A program made the translations under genes and the position numbers. Positions 28,745 to 42,466 of a stretch of 64,000 bases of DNA are shown piece by piece (within the stretch, counting starts at the first letter, position 1; each line of letters starts with the position of its first letter). This stretch comes from Octopus vulgaris. Taxonomy: Eukaryota. The notes under the pieces are model-generated. The model saw nothing but the letters and a program-made list of their open reading frames with translations. It ran no database searches and had not been told where the DNA came from. The stretch is from assembly GCA_951406725.2 (NCBI GenBank), contig OX597821.1, forward strand, positions 13,330,001 through 13,394,000, read 5' to 3'.

Positions 28745-28874
28745 TGAAACTTATTATTTCAATTCGTCGTTTTAATTCCCCAGAGTTTCAGGTTTTGATT
28801 AGGAGAAACCATTTTATTTCACAAGCAAAATTTACCGGGTACCTCAGCTAGTATATATATGTGTGTGTGTGTGT

Positions 28875-28927
<53 letters not shown>

Positions 28928-29354
28928 GGCTGCAATCTAATGACTGAAACAAATAGAAGAATATTAAATTCCGACACGTGTTTCTGCTGTATAATATATA
29001 TATGTTTATTACAATCACCACTATCTTTTTTCCCCAATCTCTCATCTTCCTTCACCACTGATATGTTAGAAATTAATCGTTGATACTAGAAACTTCAGTT
29101 TGCTTCATTCAACAATATTGGAAACACCTAGAAAAAAAAGTTGTATAAGAATGTCAATCTTTGAATCAGAATTCGTACTATAATTGATTTCATATAGATT
29201 GATTAAATGCACGGGACTATCGCATCTAAGAATCCTAAGAGTACAACAGAAACACGTGTCGGAATTTAATATGCAAAAAAGTTCTAATGAAATATATTTT
29301 AATGATCTATAACTCTGCATTCTTCTTTATGTACATAAATATATGTGTGTATAC

Positions 29355-29385
<31 letters not shown>

Positions 29386-29722
29386 TGTATGTATGTATGT
29401 ATGTATGTATGTATGCATTTAGCCTACCGGCTATCTGCAATATCAGTGCCTCATTAAGCACTGAGATTCTCTGTATATCCCTAGTAGAGGAATTGCTGCT
29501 ATTTCCAACCACCGGGGGTCTGACACTGACAAGACTAAGGAAGGTTGTAATTACGCGATCTGGTAGCCCTGGCGGCGTCGATGGCAATTGATTATCTCCC
29601 GCTAGTGGTATATATAAGATTGCTCATATACACCACAAATCTCTATGAGAGCTTCTCATGGTAACTATCGCAGTATTCAAACACGACATCCGCTTTCAAG
29701 TGGGAATAAATATCACCTTTTG

Positions 29723-29761
<39 letters not shown>

Positions 29762-29764
<3 letters not shown>

Positions 29765-30143
29765 TCTTTTACTTGTTTCAGTCATTTGACTGCGGCCATG
29801 CTGGAGCACCACCTTTAATCGAGCAACTCGACCCCGGGACTTATTCTTTTGTAAGCCCAGTACTTATTCTTTCGGCCTCTTTTGCCGAACCGGTAAGTAA
29901 CGGGGACATAAACACACCAGCATGCTAGGGAGACAAACACAGACACACAAACACACACACGCATATATATATATATACATATATACGACGGGCTTCTTTC
30001 AGTTTTCGTCTACCAAATCCACGCACAAGGCTTTGGTCGGCCCGAAGCTATAGTAGAAGATACTTGCCCAAGGTGCCACGCAGTGGGACTGAACCCGGAA
30101 CCATGTGGTTGATAAGCAAGCTACTTACCACATAGCCACTCCT
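29762..30143 (-). mobile_element. SINE family A in (TA)n
   Basis: Reverse copy with a small internal deletion. Confidence 0.9.
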
Positions 30144-30198
30144 ATATATATATACATACATACTTATATATATATACATATACACATATATATATACA

Positions 30199-30235
<37 letters not shown>

Positions 30236-31117
30236 ATATTAATAAAAGAATATAAGGATAAAAATCATGGGAATGATTTTGATGAAGTAGTCAGCAGGCT
30301 ATAAAAATTTATAGGCAATTAATACATGTTATTTACCTGGAGTTTTGGGTAGTTTTTGAAAGTATCGGCACATCAAGCATGTTGGAGCCATGTCATTTTC
30401 GCCCTAGCTCACTTGATATAATTATATACATATGTACATTATTATTAATTTAATGAATTAATTGCCTATAAATTTTTATAGCATGCTAACTACTTGATAA
30501 AAATCATTAACGCGATTTCTATCCTTTTATGAATTGATAAATAATTTAAATAAAATATGTTTTACTCTTGGCCAGAATAGCATTTACTGCTTGACTATTC
30601 CTATAATATGCATGTGGCTGTCGTGAGGGATTTAAAAATTGACTTTCCTTGGATTTACATGTGCAAATATTTGTATGTAGACGTGTGAACTTGCTTTGGA
30701 CGGTATATACAATTATTTGGACTAATATTTCCCTCCGTATATTGTGTTTACGAAGGAAGAAAGTTTATTGTTTGCTCTAATCCAGAAACTGGAACCAATT
30801 CACAATTAACGTGAAGTCTTTTTAATTTGCCCTAACTAGCCTACTTTCAGTCATGTGTATATTTAGTAGTTTTTGAAGGTATCGTCGCTTCAAGCATACT
30901 ATTTCCAATAGTCATTATAGGTTCGTTATTGATAGATTTGTTCAATTGGTTCATTGGTCGGTTGAGAAAAAAATTGAAAGCCCTAAAAAATTAATGCTAC
31001 TTTCGTAAGAGTCCTTAATGGCTATAACAAAGCAGAACACTAAAAGAAAAGAGCAGGCATGGGGGCGGAGATGAAGCGAAGCAATAAGAATCTATTCACT
31101 CTCCCCTCTCCATATAT

Positions 31118-31167
<50 letters not shown>

Positions 31168-31540
31168 AGTCTGAGGAGCTGTCCGCAAGGCTTTGGCGTT
31201 GTAGCTACGAAACCTTGGGTAACAATATAAAATGCTGTTGTAATATGTGGCTGTGTGTGTGTACACATTGACAGGCACACACACAAACACACACACGTAC
31301 ACGTACACACACATACAGGTACTCACTCGTTATTTACTAGGATCATCCAAGTCAGAAATACTTGCGAAATTTTTTGACCTATTTCAATTATTTGAACTGT
31401 GATTTGCGAAGATCCATTAGAGTCGGCGGTTGTTGGCTATTTCAATTCTCAGCATGTTTATTTTTATTTATTGCTCCTTTTCTCTTTGCTATCCGTTTAT
31501 TATGCTGGCTTAGAATTGTTGGGGAGGTTTTGATACTCAT

Positions 31541-31651
31541 GCCTCGAGCCGACTCAAGCCGTGTGAGTGGATTTGGTAGACGGATACTAAAAGAAGCCCG
31601 TAGTATGTATGTATGTATGTATGTATGTATGTATGTATGTATGTATGTATG

Positions 31652-31683
<32 letters not shown>

Positions 31684-32033
31684 TTTATGTATGTATTATG
31701 TATGTAGTATGTATGTATGTATGTATGTATGTATGCATGCATGTATGTATGTATGTATGTATATATGTATGTATGTATATATGTATGTCTGTATGTATGT
31801 ATATATGTATGTATATATGTATGTATGTATGTATTTATGTATGTATGTATGTATGTATGTATGTATATATGTATATATGTATGTATGTATATATGTATGC
31901 ATGTATGTATGTATGTATGTATGTATGTATTATGTATGTATGTATGTATGTATGTACGTATGCATGTATGTATGTATGTATGTATTATGTATGTATGTAT
32001 GTATGTATGTATATATGCATATATGTATGTATG

Positions 32034-32067
<34 letters not shown>

Positions 32068-32390
32068 TGTATGTACGTATGCATGTATGTATGTATGTAT
32101 GTATGTATGTATTATGTATGTATGTATGTATTATGTATGTATGTATGTATGTATGTTTGTATTATGTATGTATGCATGTATTTGTGCGTCTGTTTTTGTC
32201 GCCCCACCATCGCTTGACAACCGATGTTGATGTGCTTACGTCTCCGTAACCTAGCGGTTCAACAAAACAGACCTATAGAATAAGTATTAGGCATACAAAG
32301 TGTAAGTTCTGCGGTCGATTTGTTTGAGTATTGGTGGTGCTCCATCATGGCCGCAGTCAAATGACTGACATAAAAGTAAAAATAAAAGAA
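31541..32390 (+). mobile_element. SINE family A with ~580-bp internal (GTAT)n expansion
   Basis: 5' body ends at gaagcccgt (~31600); 3' body resumes at gtgcgtctgtttttgtc (~32183). Confidence 0.85.
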
Positions 32391-33391
32391 TTTTGTATAA
32401 AAATTGTTAAAATATTTTGTGCATTGTAGAACGACAACCATTTTATTGTTCATAAACTTTAACAACAAAATCTCATACTGACCACTCATGGGTCTTATGG
32501 ACCCCGGCTGAGGCCCACTGGTTTGAAAAATGTTGAAGAAGATGACTACCCTTGGTCCGGAAAAAATCAGAAGTCCGGCAAGGCTTTGGATCCAAAGGTT
32601 CTGAAAAATCGATGCTGTACCTGTCGCTGTTGAACTGCAAACCAGATGTGATTGAGTAGGCATGATTAAATACATTCCAGCCGTGACTATCACGTATTTC
32701 ACTGTCTTCAGACATTGTATATCTAAGAGTATATTATACATTAGTGTATTTAAGAATACATTGTGCCCCATGATGTGATTTCAGGGAAATTTGTTGTCTA
32801 TTTCTAACAATTTGAGCAACTTCATATTGGCTCACACATTTTCACGTGTCCACGCAAAAATTGGTGTTGTTAATGCAGACCAATGCTTAAAAGCATTCCA
32901 GACGTGGCCATCTAGTCCGTTTCTTCTCTTTTCTGAAATAGTGCATTGAGGTCTAATGTGTCTTTTTTTGTTTTGGAAAGCAGTACTTTGTGATTTAGGG
33001 AAGATTTGGCTCCTATTTCTAGCAGGCTGTACAACCACACAGAATTTCCCTCTTCGCTAGCCATGCACTTTTCCTGTAAAAGCATGTTTCCTAAGTATTA
33101 AATCCCCCTTCTTCCATCACTTTCCCTTTGTTGCCTTTCATCATTCATGACATCATAGCGCTCCCTTGCGTTGACGTAGACATACGCGGGCACACACATA
33201 AATACACACGCACATAAATACACAAGTACACTAGTTCACAAAGACGCTAATACACAAATACACGCTGAGATACACTCTCTCACATGTATACGCATATACG
33301 CATCATACACTGCATGCAGCACACAAGCATGTACACCTACACCGCGATTAAATCAATGCTGAATCTGCAAGAACACAGCATCGTTTCCACT

Positions 33392-33461
<70 letters not shown>

Positions 33462-33799
33462 AATCTGTTAATTTCCTCCCTTCACATTTTATACTTTCGC
33501 TTTCCTTTAATACTCTATATCTCGTTCTCATTCTTACTCTCCCTCTTTCTCTCTTTCCCATTTCCCCCTCCTTCTCTCTCACCCTTTCAAATTACAGTAG
33601 GAGGCTTCTCTTCGTGAGTACACAACCTGCAAGAAAGAGTAGCCAAGTTTGACTCGTTTCCCATTTCCCTGTTGCCTTTAGAAACAAAACGAGAACACAT
33701 TAGCTATTGTAGTCCAAGATAGACTATGGCAGATGAAAAAAAGACTGAGCCACCACTGTTTCAGATGAGCAGTTGTAACCTAGGCAGAAACAACTAAAA

Positions 33800-34180
<381 letters not shown>

Positions 34181-34671
34181 GCCTCATCTTTCCTCCTCCC
34201 TTTTTCTCCGCCATCTTTACCCCCTTTTCCATCTTCCATTCTCTGTCCTCACTTTTCTTCCTCCCACTCCTCTGTCACACAAGAATACACATACGCACAT
34301 ACATACACACATACCAAGACACGTACACCTACACATACACACACACACACTCACACGCGTGTACACTGACTCATGCACACGTTAACATCCTTCGAGTGCA
34401 AACTGTCATACTCTCCATTACATAGACGTACACACGCACGCACACACACATAAGTATACACATTCATACAAACAATAACAGCTTTCTTCTCCTAACATAT
34501 ATACACATGACTACATTACTACACGAAACAATGCCCTATTTGCCGGTTCACAGCGTGCTAGTAATAGCAGCTAAATCCCCCTCAAATTATACACAATCTT
34601 AGAAAAAATATCCATATTAAAGTTTACTCCTCTTCTGAAGCATTGCTTCATTTTTTATTTTTTATTTTTTT

Positions 34672-34875
34672 TATTTTATTTGTTTCAGTCATTTGACTGC
34701 GGTCATGCTGGAGCACCGCCTTTAGTCGAAGAAATCGACCCCAGGACTTATTCTCTGGAAGCCCAGTACTTATTCTATCGGTCTCTTTTGTCGAACCGCT
34801 AAGTCACGGAGACGTAAACACACCACCATCTGTTGTCAAGCGATGTTGGGGAAACAAACACAGACACACAAACAT

Positions 34876-34929
<54 letters not shown>

Positions 34930-35340
34930 GTACGACGAGCTTCTTTCAGTTTCCGTCTGCCAAATCCACTCACGAGGTTTTAGTCGGCTCGAGGCTATAG
35001 TAGAAGACACTTACCCAAGATGCCACGCAGTGGGAATGAACCCGGAACCATGTGGCTGGTAAGCAAGCTACTTACCACACAGCCACTCCTGCGCATGTTT
35101 ATCCCTTTTTCGTTTTATCCTTTTTTAGTCTCAGTCATTGGACTACGGCTATACTGGGGCACCACCTTGAAATATTTAATCCAATAAATCGACCCCATTA
35201 CATTTTTGGTTTTTCTTTTTTAACCCTGGTAATTATTCCCTTGTTCCCTTTTCCCGAACCGCTAATTTACGGGGATATGAGCAAGCCAGCATCGGCTATC
35301 AGGCGGTAGTTGGGACATATACAAACATAGCATCGATGTA

Positions 35341-35378
<38 letters not shown>

Positions 35379-35556
35379 TACACACACACACACACACAGA
35401 CGATGGTCTTCTACACAGTTTCCATCCACTAAATCTACTCGCAAGGCATTGGACAGCCGAAGGCAATCCCAGAAGACACTTGCCCAAGGTTCCACGCAGC
35501 GGGACTGAACCCGACACCATGTGGTTGCAAAGCGAGCCTCTTCACCACGCAGCCAT
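34672..35556 (-). mobile_element. Two tandem SINE family A copies (34672-35094 young, 35110-35556 diverged)
   Basis: Similarity to family A. Confidence 0.85.
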
Positions 35557-35983
35557 TAATAAACAAAGCATACGAGTTCTTTTGTTTGTTTGTCTTTTTA
35601 AATCTAATTCTCAGCAGTGAACCATGAAATAAAAATGATTGATAACCACTGTTTTATCTTCATAAAAACACATTGCAGGTCGTGTTGGATTATATAGTCA
35701 AAGGTACACTATGATTGACAAGAAAATACATCAGAAAACAGGCTGATCTCTGTTGGAATATCCTCGATTAGGTATATTCGATCAACGGTGATCGGGAACT
35801 AAACAAAACATAACCACGACGCTGAATGTACTCTAAGACACTCCTCAACTATTATCATTGATTGTACCGATTATATCACCGAGGACTGTGTGTTTGAATT
35901 TGTGCTCTCTTACTGACAGTAATGTCAATTAACGTCCTTTTCAATGCATTTAGTCTTCATAAGCAGCAAATAACAATCTACTG

Positions 35984-36195
35984 TTAATCCCTCGCCTGTC
36001 TAAAGCATCATCATAAGTTTATTTGTGCTAAATATCCATGCTTCTCTTCATACTTTTAGCCCCTTTGTTTTTCATAAATCGTAAGTTTCTCTACTGGTTG
36101 CAACAATTTTGAATATGTATTATGCATGATGCATTGGAGCCAGGGAAACATATCTTTTGTATCACATGTGATATGCATGACAGGCAAAGGGTTAA
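35984..36195. mobile_element. Possible piggyBac-type MITE
   Basis: TTAA-tccctcgcctgtc ... gacaggcaaaggg-TTAA: imperfect TIRs with TTAA flanks. Confidence 0.45.
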
Positions 36196-36599
36196 GTTAA
36201 ACAAAAGGTAAATAATGTAAAGCTCGAAGAAAAATGAATTATGAAATATGGCATGGAAAGGAAAGAATGAAAAAAGCAGACGATAAAATTAAAACTCTGG
36301 TGAGGCAAAGCAAGAGCAATTATAGAAAACTGTTTAGTTTCCAGTCTTCTTTAATGATTAATGCGATATATTTTATTTCTTTATTTATCTATTTTTGCAG
36401 GGCATTGAATAGTCAGAAAAAATGGCGGTTCTTTTCTTTCGCTCTTTTATCTTCCAAATTCCCCAAGAGTAAACTTTATTTTTCGTCTTGTCATGCTCAA
36501 TGAAATAAGTCATCGTAATTGCGTAATATGGAAAGTCGACAGCCTATTTTCATGCTCATAGCAAAAGTGGTAGCTTTATACATTATATATATCGTATCT

Positions 36600-36990
36600 T
36601 TCGTCTTGTTAACTTCTGTTTGAATCATTGGACTGCGGCCAAACTGGGGCAGCGCCTTAAAGGGTTTAGTCGACACAAGTTATTATTATTTTAAAGCCTG
36701 GTGCTTATTCTATCGATCTCCAAACTGCAAGTTTTGAGAGATGTAAACTAATCAGCGACGGTTTTCAAGCGATGGTGGGAAACAAACACAATTCACACTC
36801 ACACGCACACTCATACACACACACACACACACAAACAAACACACACACACATACATAGATACCACATGCTTCCACACATTTTTCTACCTACTTTATTCAC
36901 AAGGCATTGGTCGATCCAGGAATATAATAAAAAAAAAAGTACTTACCCAACCCAACAGTGGTTGCAAAGCGAAGCTATTCCTGCGTCTAC
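36600..36990 (-). mobile_element. SINE family A, old copy
   Basis: Diverged but colinear. Confidence 0.7.
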
Positions 36991-37243
36991 TAAATTAATA
37001 TTAATAAACTTTACGCGTGCAAAAGATACGTATTAAGTACTAGACAATAAACAAATCTTCCGTTCAGCAAGTGATGAAATTAATATTCGAGATGAGATAG
37101 GCATGCATAACAAAATATAACAGCAACGGCTTAGATAAAACTAACGTTGGAAGATTTACGGCATACAAGTCGAATTTTTCAGGTTCAAATTTACAACCAA
37201 ATAAGGTAGTTCGACTTATATAGAAATACGACTGTGAGGACCA

Positions 37244-37290
<47 letters not shown>

Positions 37291-37293
<3 letters not shown>

Positions 37294-37470
37294 ACAATTT
37301 ACGAAAAAGACAAAAGACGAAGACAGGTGGTGTACAAAACAAACAGATGTATTAGTATAACGCTCAGGAATAGAAAAAGTCTTTTACGTTTCGAGCCTAC
37401 GCTCTTCTACAGAAAGGGACACAGAAAAAAACCAAGGAGAGAAAAAAATGTGTGTAGTGGCTAACGATCT
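37291..37470 (-). mobile_element. PLE-type terminal repeat with HHR-like motif (37381-37416)
   Basis: CUUU-CUGUAGA-A-GAGC(guag)GCUC-GAAA-CGU-A/AAAG; abuts (TA)n; sister copy at 47672-47840. Confidence 0.65.
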
Positions 37471-37859
37471 AAAATACGGTATAAGACAATATCAGGTAGT
37501 GTGTGATGTATAAAAGATATACAATGATGACAAGGCCAAAGAAAGCCGAAATCAAGTGACCTGGTAGTCCTGACAGCGTGGACGGCAGTGATTGTCTTCT
37601 GCTAGCGATGTAAGCGAGAGTGTCCAAATGCACTACAAACCATATGAAAGATTTTCTCAAGGTAAATGTAGTATTGTGTTTTCTGGCACAACATTCACAT
37701 GTAAGTGGGGATAAATATTTACCTTTTGATATTAATATTGCTTCCATCGCTTTAATTATTTGTTAGATAAAGAGATGTTAGGTAAGGGAAGAACTGATTT
37801 GTAGCGAAGTAAAAAATAAAAATCACCACCGATGGAGTGTGGACAACAACAAAAACAAG

Positions 37860-38200
37860 TATTTCATTATCAACTTTAGAAACCTACTTTCTGATTGTAT
37901 CTGCAAAATACATGTTAACTGGTCGCTTTCCTGACTTGAATATCCAAGTCTTTCAGACTGTCACTTAGACCTTTAGTAACATTACCTAGCGTACCGAAAA
38001 TTGTTGATGTGAATGTGAAACAATAATCAGCATAGAGGAGTAGAGGTTTTTCAAGCATTTGGCCATAAATATTCTATTTACTGTTGATTTTAGAAGAGAC
38101 GTTCGCATCTAATGGACAGCTAACTCTATGACAATACATGTTTTCCTCTGAAAAACCTATATCAGGTCTTTGCACTTCCTAGATAGGAAAACTCCACTAA
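37860..38200 (-). mobile_element. Decayed RLE-type LINE endonuclease C-terminus (second lineage)
   Basis: RPDI...TCIVIE / SCPLDANVSSKINSK*NIYG...FTFTSTIFGTLGNV...RLGY, a PD-(D/E)xK-like pattern. Confidence 0.55.
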
Positions 38201-38500
38201 TATAATGGAGTGTATTTTTTCAACAGTAGTAGTATTGCGTTTTATTTATCCCATGGCTTATATGCATATATGCTTTTTTTTGTTGTTGTTTTTCGTTTTT
38301 TTTATTTTTAGTTTAATTTAACTTCTTGAGAAGTTCAAGCCGGTCGCCAACAAAGCGATAAGACATTTTGAGTTAAGCGAGTTCCCGCTCTTCGTAAATA
38401 TGTGGCTGAGTTGATGAGGTGGTTGAACAGTCGATGCATACATTTATATTGTGGGCATCTAATCACATAGGAATCTCAAATGGAGAATATTTGGAATCCC

Positions 38501-38843
38501 TTTCTCTTTTCTCTTTTACTTGTGACAGTCATTTGACTGTGGCCATGATGGAGCACCGCCTTTAGTCGAAAACAATCGACCCCAGGACTTATTCTTTGTA
38601 AGCCTAGTACTTATTCTATCGGTCGCTTTTGCCGAACCGCTAAGTTACGAGGACTTAAACACACCAGCATCGGTTGTCAAGCGATGTTGGTTGGAACACA
38701 GGCACACAAATATATACACACACATACACATATATATACATATATACGACGGGCTTCTTTCAGTTTCCGTCTACCTAATCCACTGACAAGGCTTTAGTCG
38801 GCCCGAGGTTATAGTAGAAGACACTTGCCCAAGGTTCCACGCA
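38501..38843 (-). mobile_element. SINE family A, 5'-truncated
   Basis: Similarity to family A. Confidence 0.9.
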
Positions 38844-39523
38844 AGGTGTCTTACAAATCTTCACTGTGCCACTAATATATTGGACTTAAGGAAAAACTTT
38901 GTGAAACCGTGTATTTCTAGGTTTTTGAAAAAAAATTGTTGGTACATAACCTAATGTTAGCTACAAATGAGAATTTTCAGTCGGGGTCCAATTGATCATA
39001 AATGTCCCCTTTTTTTCTGGACTTTTGATTGTACATTCACATCTGCTGGGCAGCTGACCTCTACAGCAGTGCCTGATTTGTGTTCCCTGTCCTAGAGAAC
39101 AATATCAGGTCTGTTATGTTTGCACCGAATTGATGTTTTTATAGAGGTGTTCCACCAGTATTCCTTGTTTTTTTAAGGTGTAGGTACCTGCAGGTTCTGA
39201 CATGTGTTTTATGTATACATCAGGCTAGTCCTTCCTGCGGATAGCATTGTAAAAAGTCTTTGTAGCTCTGCATGTATGTTCGTACGTATGTACGTACGTA
39301 TGTATGTATGTATGTATGTATGTATGTATGTATGTATGTATGTATGTATGTATGTATGTATGTATGTATGTATGTATGTTTGTATGTATGGATGGATGGA
39401 TGGATGGATGGATGGATGGATGGATGGATGGAGGGAGGGAGGGAGGGAGGGAGGGAGGGGGGGAGAAGGGAGAGAGGGAGGGAGGGGTGGATGGGTGGAG
39501 GGATGGATGGATGGATGGATAGT

Positions 39524-39827
39524 TCTCGGTCAGTTTTCGATGAAGATTCCAGTCCACACGATCAACCGAACAACTTACTCATATAATTAACGTACAAGTG
39601 GCCACAAACAGGCGTATCCTTCACGTAGTTCACAGGGAGATTTAGCGTGACATGGAATGTGACAAGGTTGCACCTTGTCTCTGAATTACAGGTACTGCTC
39701 ATGTTTGCCAGCTGAGGAGACTGAAGCAACATAAAATAAAGTGCCTTACTCAAGGACATAACGCGTCGCCTGGAATCGAACTAACAAGCTTGCGATCATG
39801 AGCCGAAAACCCTAACCCCTAAGCCAC
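39524..39827 (-). mobile_element. SINE with family D-like head/body and family C type-2 tail
   Basis: Head gtggcttaggggtt...gttcgattcc and body tccttgagtaaggcact as in D; tail gtcacgctaaatctccc..gaactacgtgaagg as in 17476-17640. Confidence 0.7.
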
Positions 39828-39965
39828 TCAGCAGGCCTCTTGATGTTAAATGAAGTGTTAACAATTAAGGTATGCAAATTAGACGCACCTGTTTCCTGTA
39901 ACTACCGAACTTGAGGATATAAACAAATTGTCAGCTTATTTCTTGGGGATTGGTCAAACTGACGT

Positions 39966-40014
39966 CAACACCTCTGATGAGAATCTAATAAGATTCAAAA
40001 ATCGATTAATGTTG
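39966..40014 (+). ncRNA. Degenerate type I hammerhead
   Basis: CUGAUGA-GAAUCU(aaua)AGAUUC-AAAA (G12 mutated)-AUCGAU-UA; palindromic stem III; partial stem I caaca/uguug. Confidence 0.55.
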
Positions 40015-40642
40015 TTCATTATATTTTCATTTTACAGAGAAATAACTAAGTTAGCCCAATTTATAAATATGCTACATGTGATACAAACACATATATACAT
40101 ACAAAAATTATAATAATATACAATCATGATTTACCGCTAATCCGTTTAATTACTGACGAACCAGAAATAGTTGTTTTTCAGGTTGGATAAAGACATGCAT
40201 GTGAGGAAAATATTCGATTTCATCGTATTCGTATCTACCTCTTTCGCTTATACTACTTGAATTGTACTTATTCGAAAGATATCGATAAAGTAAACATACA
40301 GAAGTAACGAGTAGATAAAAGGGAGAAATCAATATCTGGTAAAAGGTTTACAGTTCTAATATCCGAAAAGTACATTCAAACTTATCTTAATGGCTACCAT
40401 TGAAGTAGATAAATGTAAGGTAGAGTTAGAGTTTTTCAAGAGAATCTACAATCTTTAAGCTCTAAGTGTTTCCCCCACCCCTCGCATTCATAGATAATGA
40501 GGACAGGGATTGAGCAACGAGAAACAATGTGCTTTGCTGAAGGATGCAATGAGCCGCCGCAAATCGAACAAACAACCTTACGATCGTGAACCGAATATTG
40601 TAGCCATTAAGCCACATGCCTATGCACACAGAGACACACACA

Positions 40643-40808
40643 AGGAGTGGCTGTGTGGTAAGTAGCTTGCTAACCAACCAAATGGTTCCGGGTTCAGTCC
40701 CACTGCGTGGCACCTTGGGCAAGTGTCTTCTGTTATAGCCTCGGGCCGACCAATGCCTTGTGAGTGGATTTGGTACACGGAAACTGAAAGAAGCCTGTCG
40801 TATATATG

Positions 40809-40839
<31 letters not shown>

Positions 40840-41056
40840 TTGTGTGTCTGTGTTTGTCCCCCTAGCATTGCTTGACATCCAATGCTGGTGTGTTTACGTC
40901 CCCGTCACTTAGCGGTTCGGCAAAAGAGACCGATAGAATAAGTACTGGGCTTACAAAGAATAAGTCCCAGGGTCGATTTGCTCGACTAAAGGCGGTGCTC
41001 CAGCATGGCCGCAGTCAAATGACTGAAACAAGTAAAAGAGAGTAAAATAAAAGAGA
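40643..41056 (+). mobile_element. SINE family A
   Basis: Near full-length copy. Confidence 0.9.
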
Positions 41057-41140
41057 ATATATATATATATGTGGGTGTGTGTGTGTGTGTGTGTGTGCAT
41101 ACATGTATAAGCATATATGTATATATATATATATATATAT

Positions 41141-42318
41141 GTAAACAGTAAAAATAATTACAGACATGGACAAGAACATGAAACACCACAGAGACGACAC
41201 AAGAACCACAGGACGGGACATTCGAAGCCCTCAGTCATCAGTCAAGAACCAGATCATCTTAGCAATTTCGGCTGATTAATCTTGAGATTGCTCCGATTTG
41301 GGCAGCCCGCCAAGGGAAATCTAAGCCAAGCGCATTAGATCCCCTGGAAGAAAGCTTCGAATGTATACAACACGAGGACGGAAAACGAACGAAGTACACG
41401 AACAAAAATACAGAATACGTGACACCAATAAGAATACAAAAACGTAAAAACAATAACGGTAAAAATAAAAAACAAAACAAAACCAGGACGTAGGACAAGG
41501 GTCTTTCGACAGGACGAGTTGAGTTTAGGGCTGGCTTATGAAGTTGTGCCTAATGGCCGCAGGGAGACGAACAAATACGTGTTGCTTCGGCGACTGCTGG
41601 AACGAAAAGAGCGCTCAGCAGTGGCTAGCGGTCACGTGAGAACAAAAGACAGGAGAAAGGGACAGATGAAAAGAGAGAGAAGGTGGACGAGGGAGGAGAA
41701 GAAAGAGACAGATCGAGGGGACTGGAGGTGAGAGAGATAGAGAAACGTAGAAGGGGGGAAGACGGATGGAGAGGGAAAGAAAGAAAGGGGAATAAGGGAG
41801 GAGAGAGAGAGAGAGAGAAAGAGACAGATCAAGAGTCGTATCAATGCTAGAGAAAAAATATACTTATCGTATAAGGACAATTGTGGATACGTAGCCGCCG
41901 ATTATATATGTAAACAGTAAAAATAATTACAGACATGGACAAGAACATGAAACACCACAGAGACGACACAGGAACCACAGGACGGGACATTCGAAGCCCT
42001 CAGTCATCAGTCAAGAACCAGATCATCTTAGCAATTTCGGCTGATTAATCTTGAGATTGCTCCGATTTGGGCAGCCCGCCAAGGGAAATCTAAGCCAAGC
42101 GCATTAGATCCCCTGGAAGAAAGCTTCGAATGTATACAACACGAGGACGGAAAACGAACGAAGTACACGAACAAAAATACAGAATACGTGACACCAATAA
42201 GAATACAAAAACGTAAAAACAATAACGGTAAAAATAAAAAACAAAACAAAACCAGGACGTAGGACGTAGGACAAGGGTCTTTCGACAGGACGAGTTGAGT
42301 TTAGGGCTGACTTATGAA
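41141..42318 (-). mobile_element. Non-coding element with ~400-bp direct terminal repeats inserted in (TA)n (family H, PLE pLTR-like)
   Basis: 41141-41542 and 41910-42318 are nearly identical (a few SNPs, one 7-bp duplication). Related partial copies lie at 50122-50266 and 51900-52180 on the plus strand. Confidence 0.8.
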
Positions 42319-42413
42319 ATATATATATATATATATATATATATAAGAATTTTTTTGCGTAATGAGATAAAAAAAGCAAGGCTGTGTAAATATTAGAACA
42401 TTTATAGATAGAA

Positions 42414-42466
42414 GGTCTTACAGTTGTTTCCAGGATATTTATTAATTATATCCTTTCATCCGAGGC
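42414..42466 (-). ncRNA. Degenerate hammerhead in a PLE-like terminal fragment
   Basis: CGGAUGA (U4 mutated)-A-AGGAUAU(loop)AUAUCCU-G-GAAA-CAACUG-UA/AG. Confidence 0.5.

Noticed and set aside
41141-42318. CRISPR-like or prokaryotic repeat system
   Set aside because: No short regularly spaced repeats with unique spacers, no cas-like ORFs, and the context is eukaryotic.
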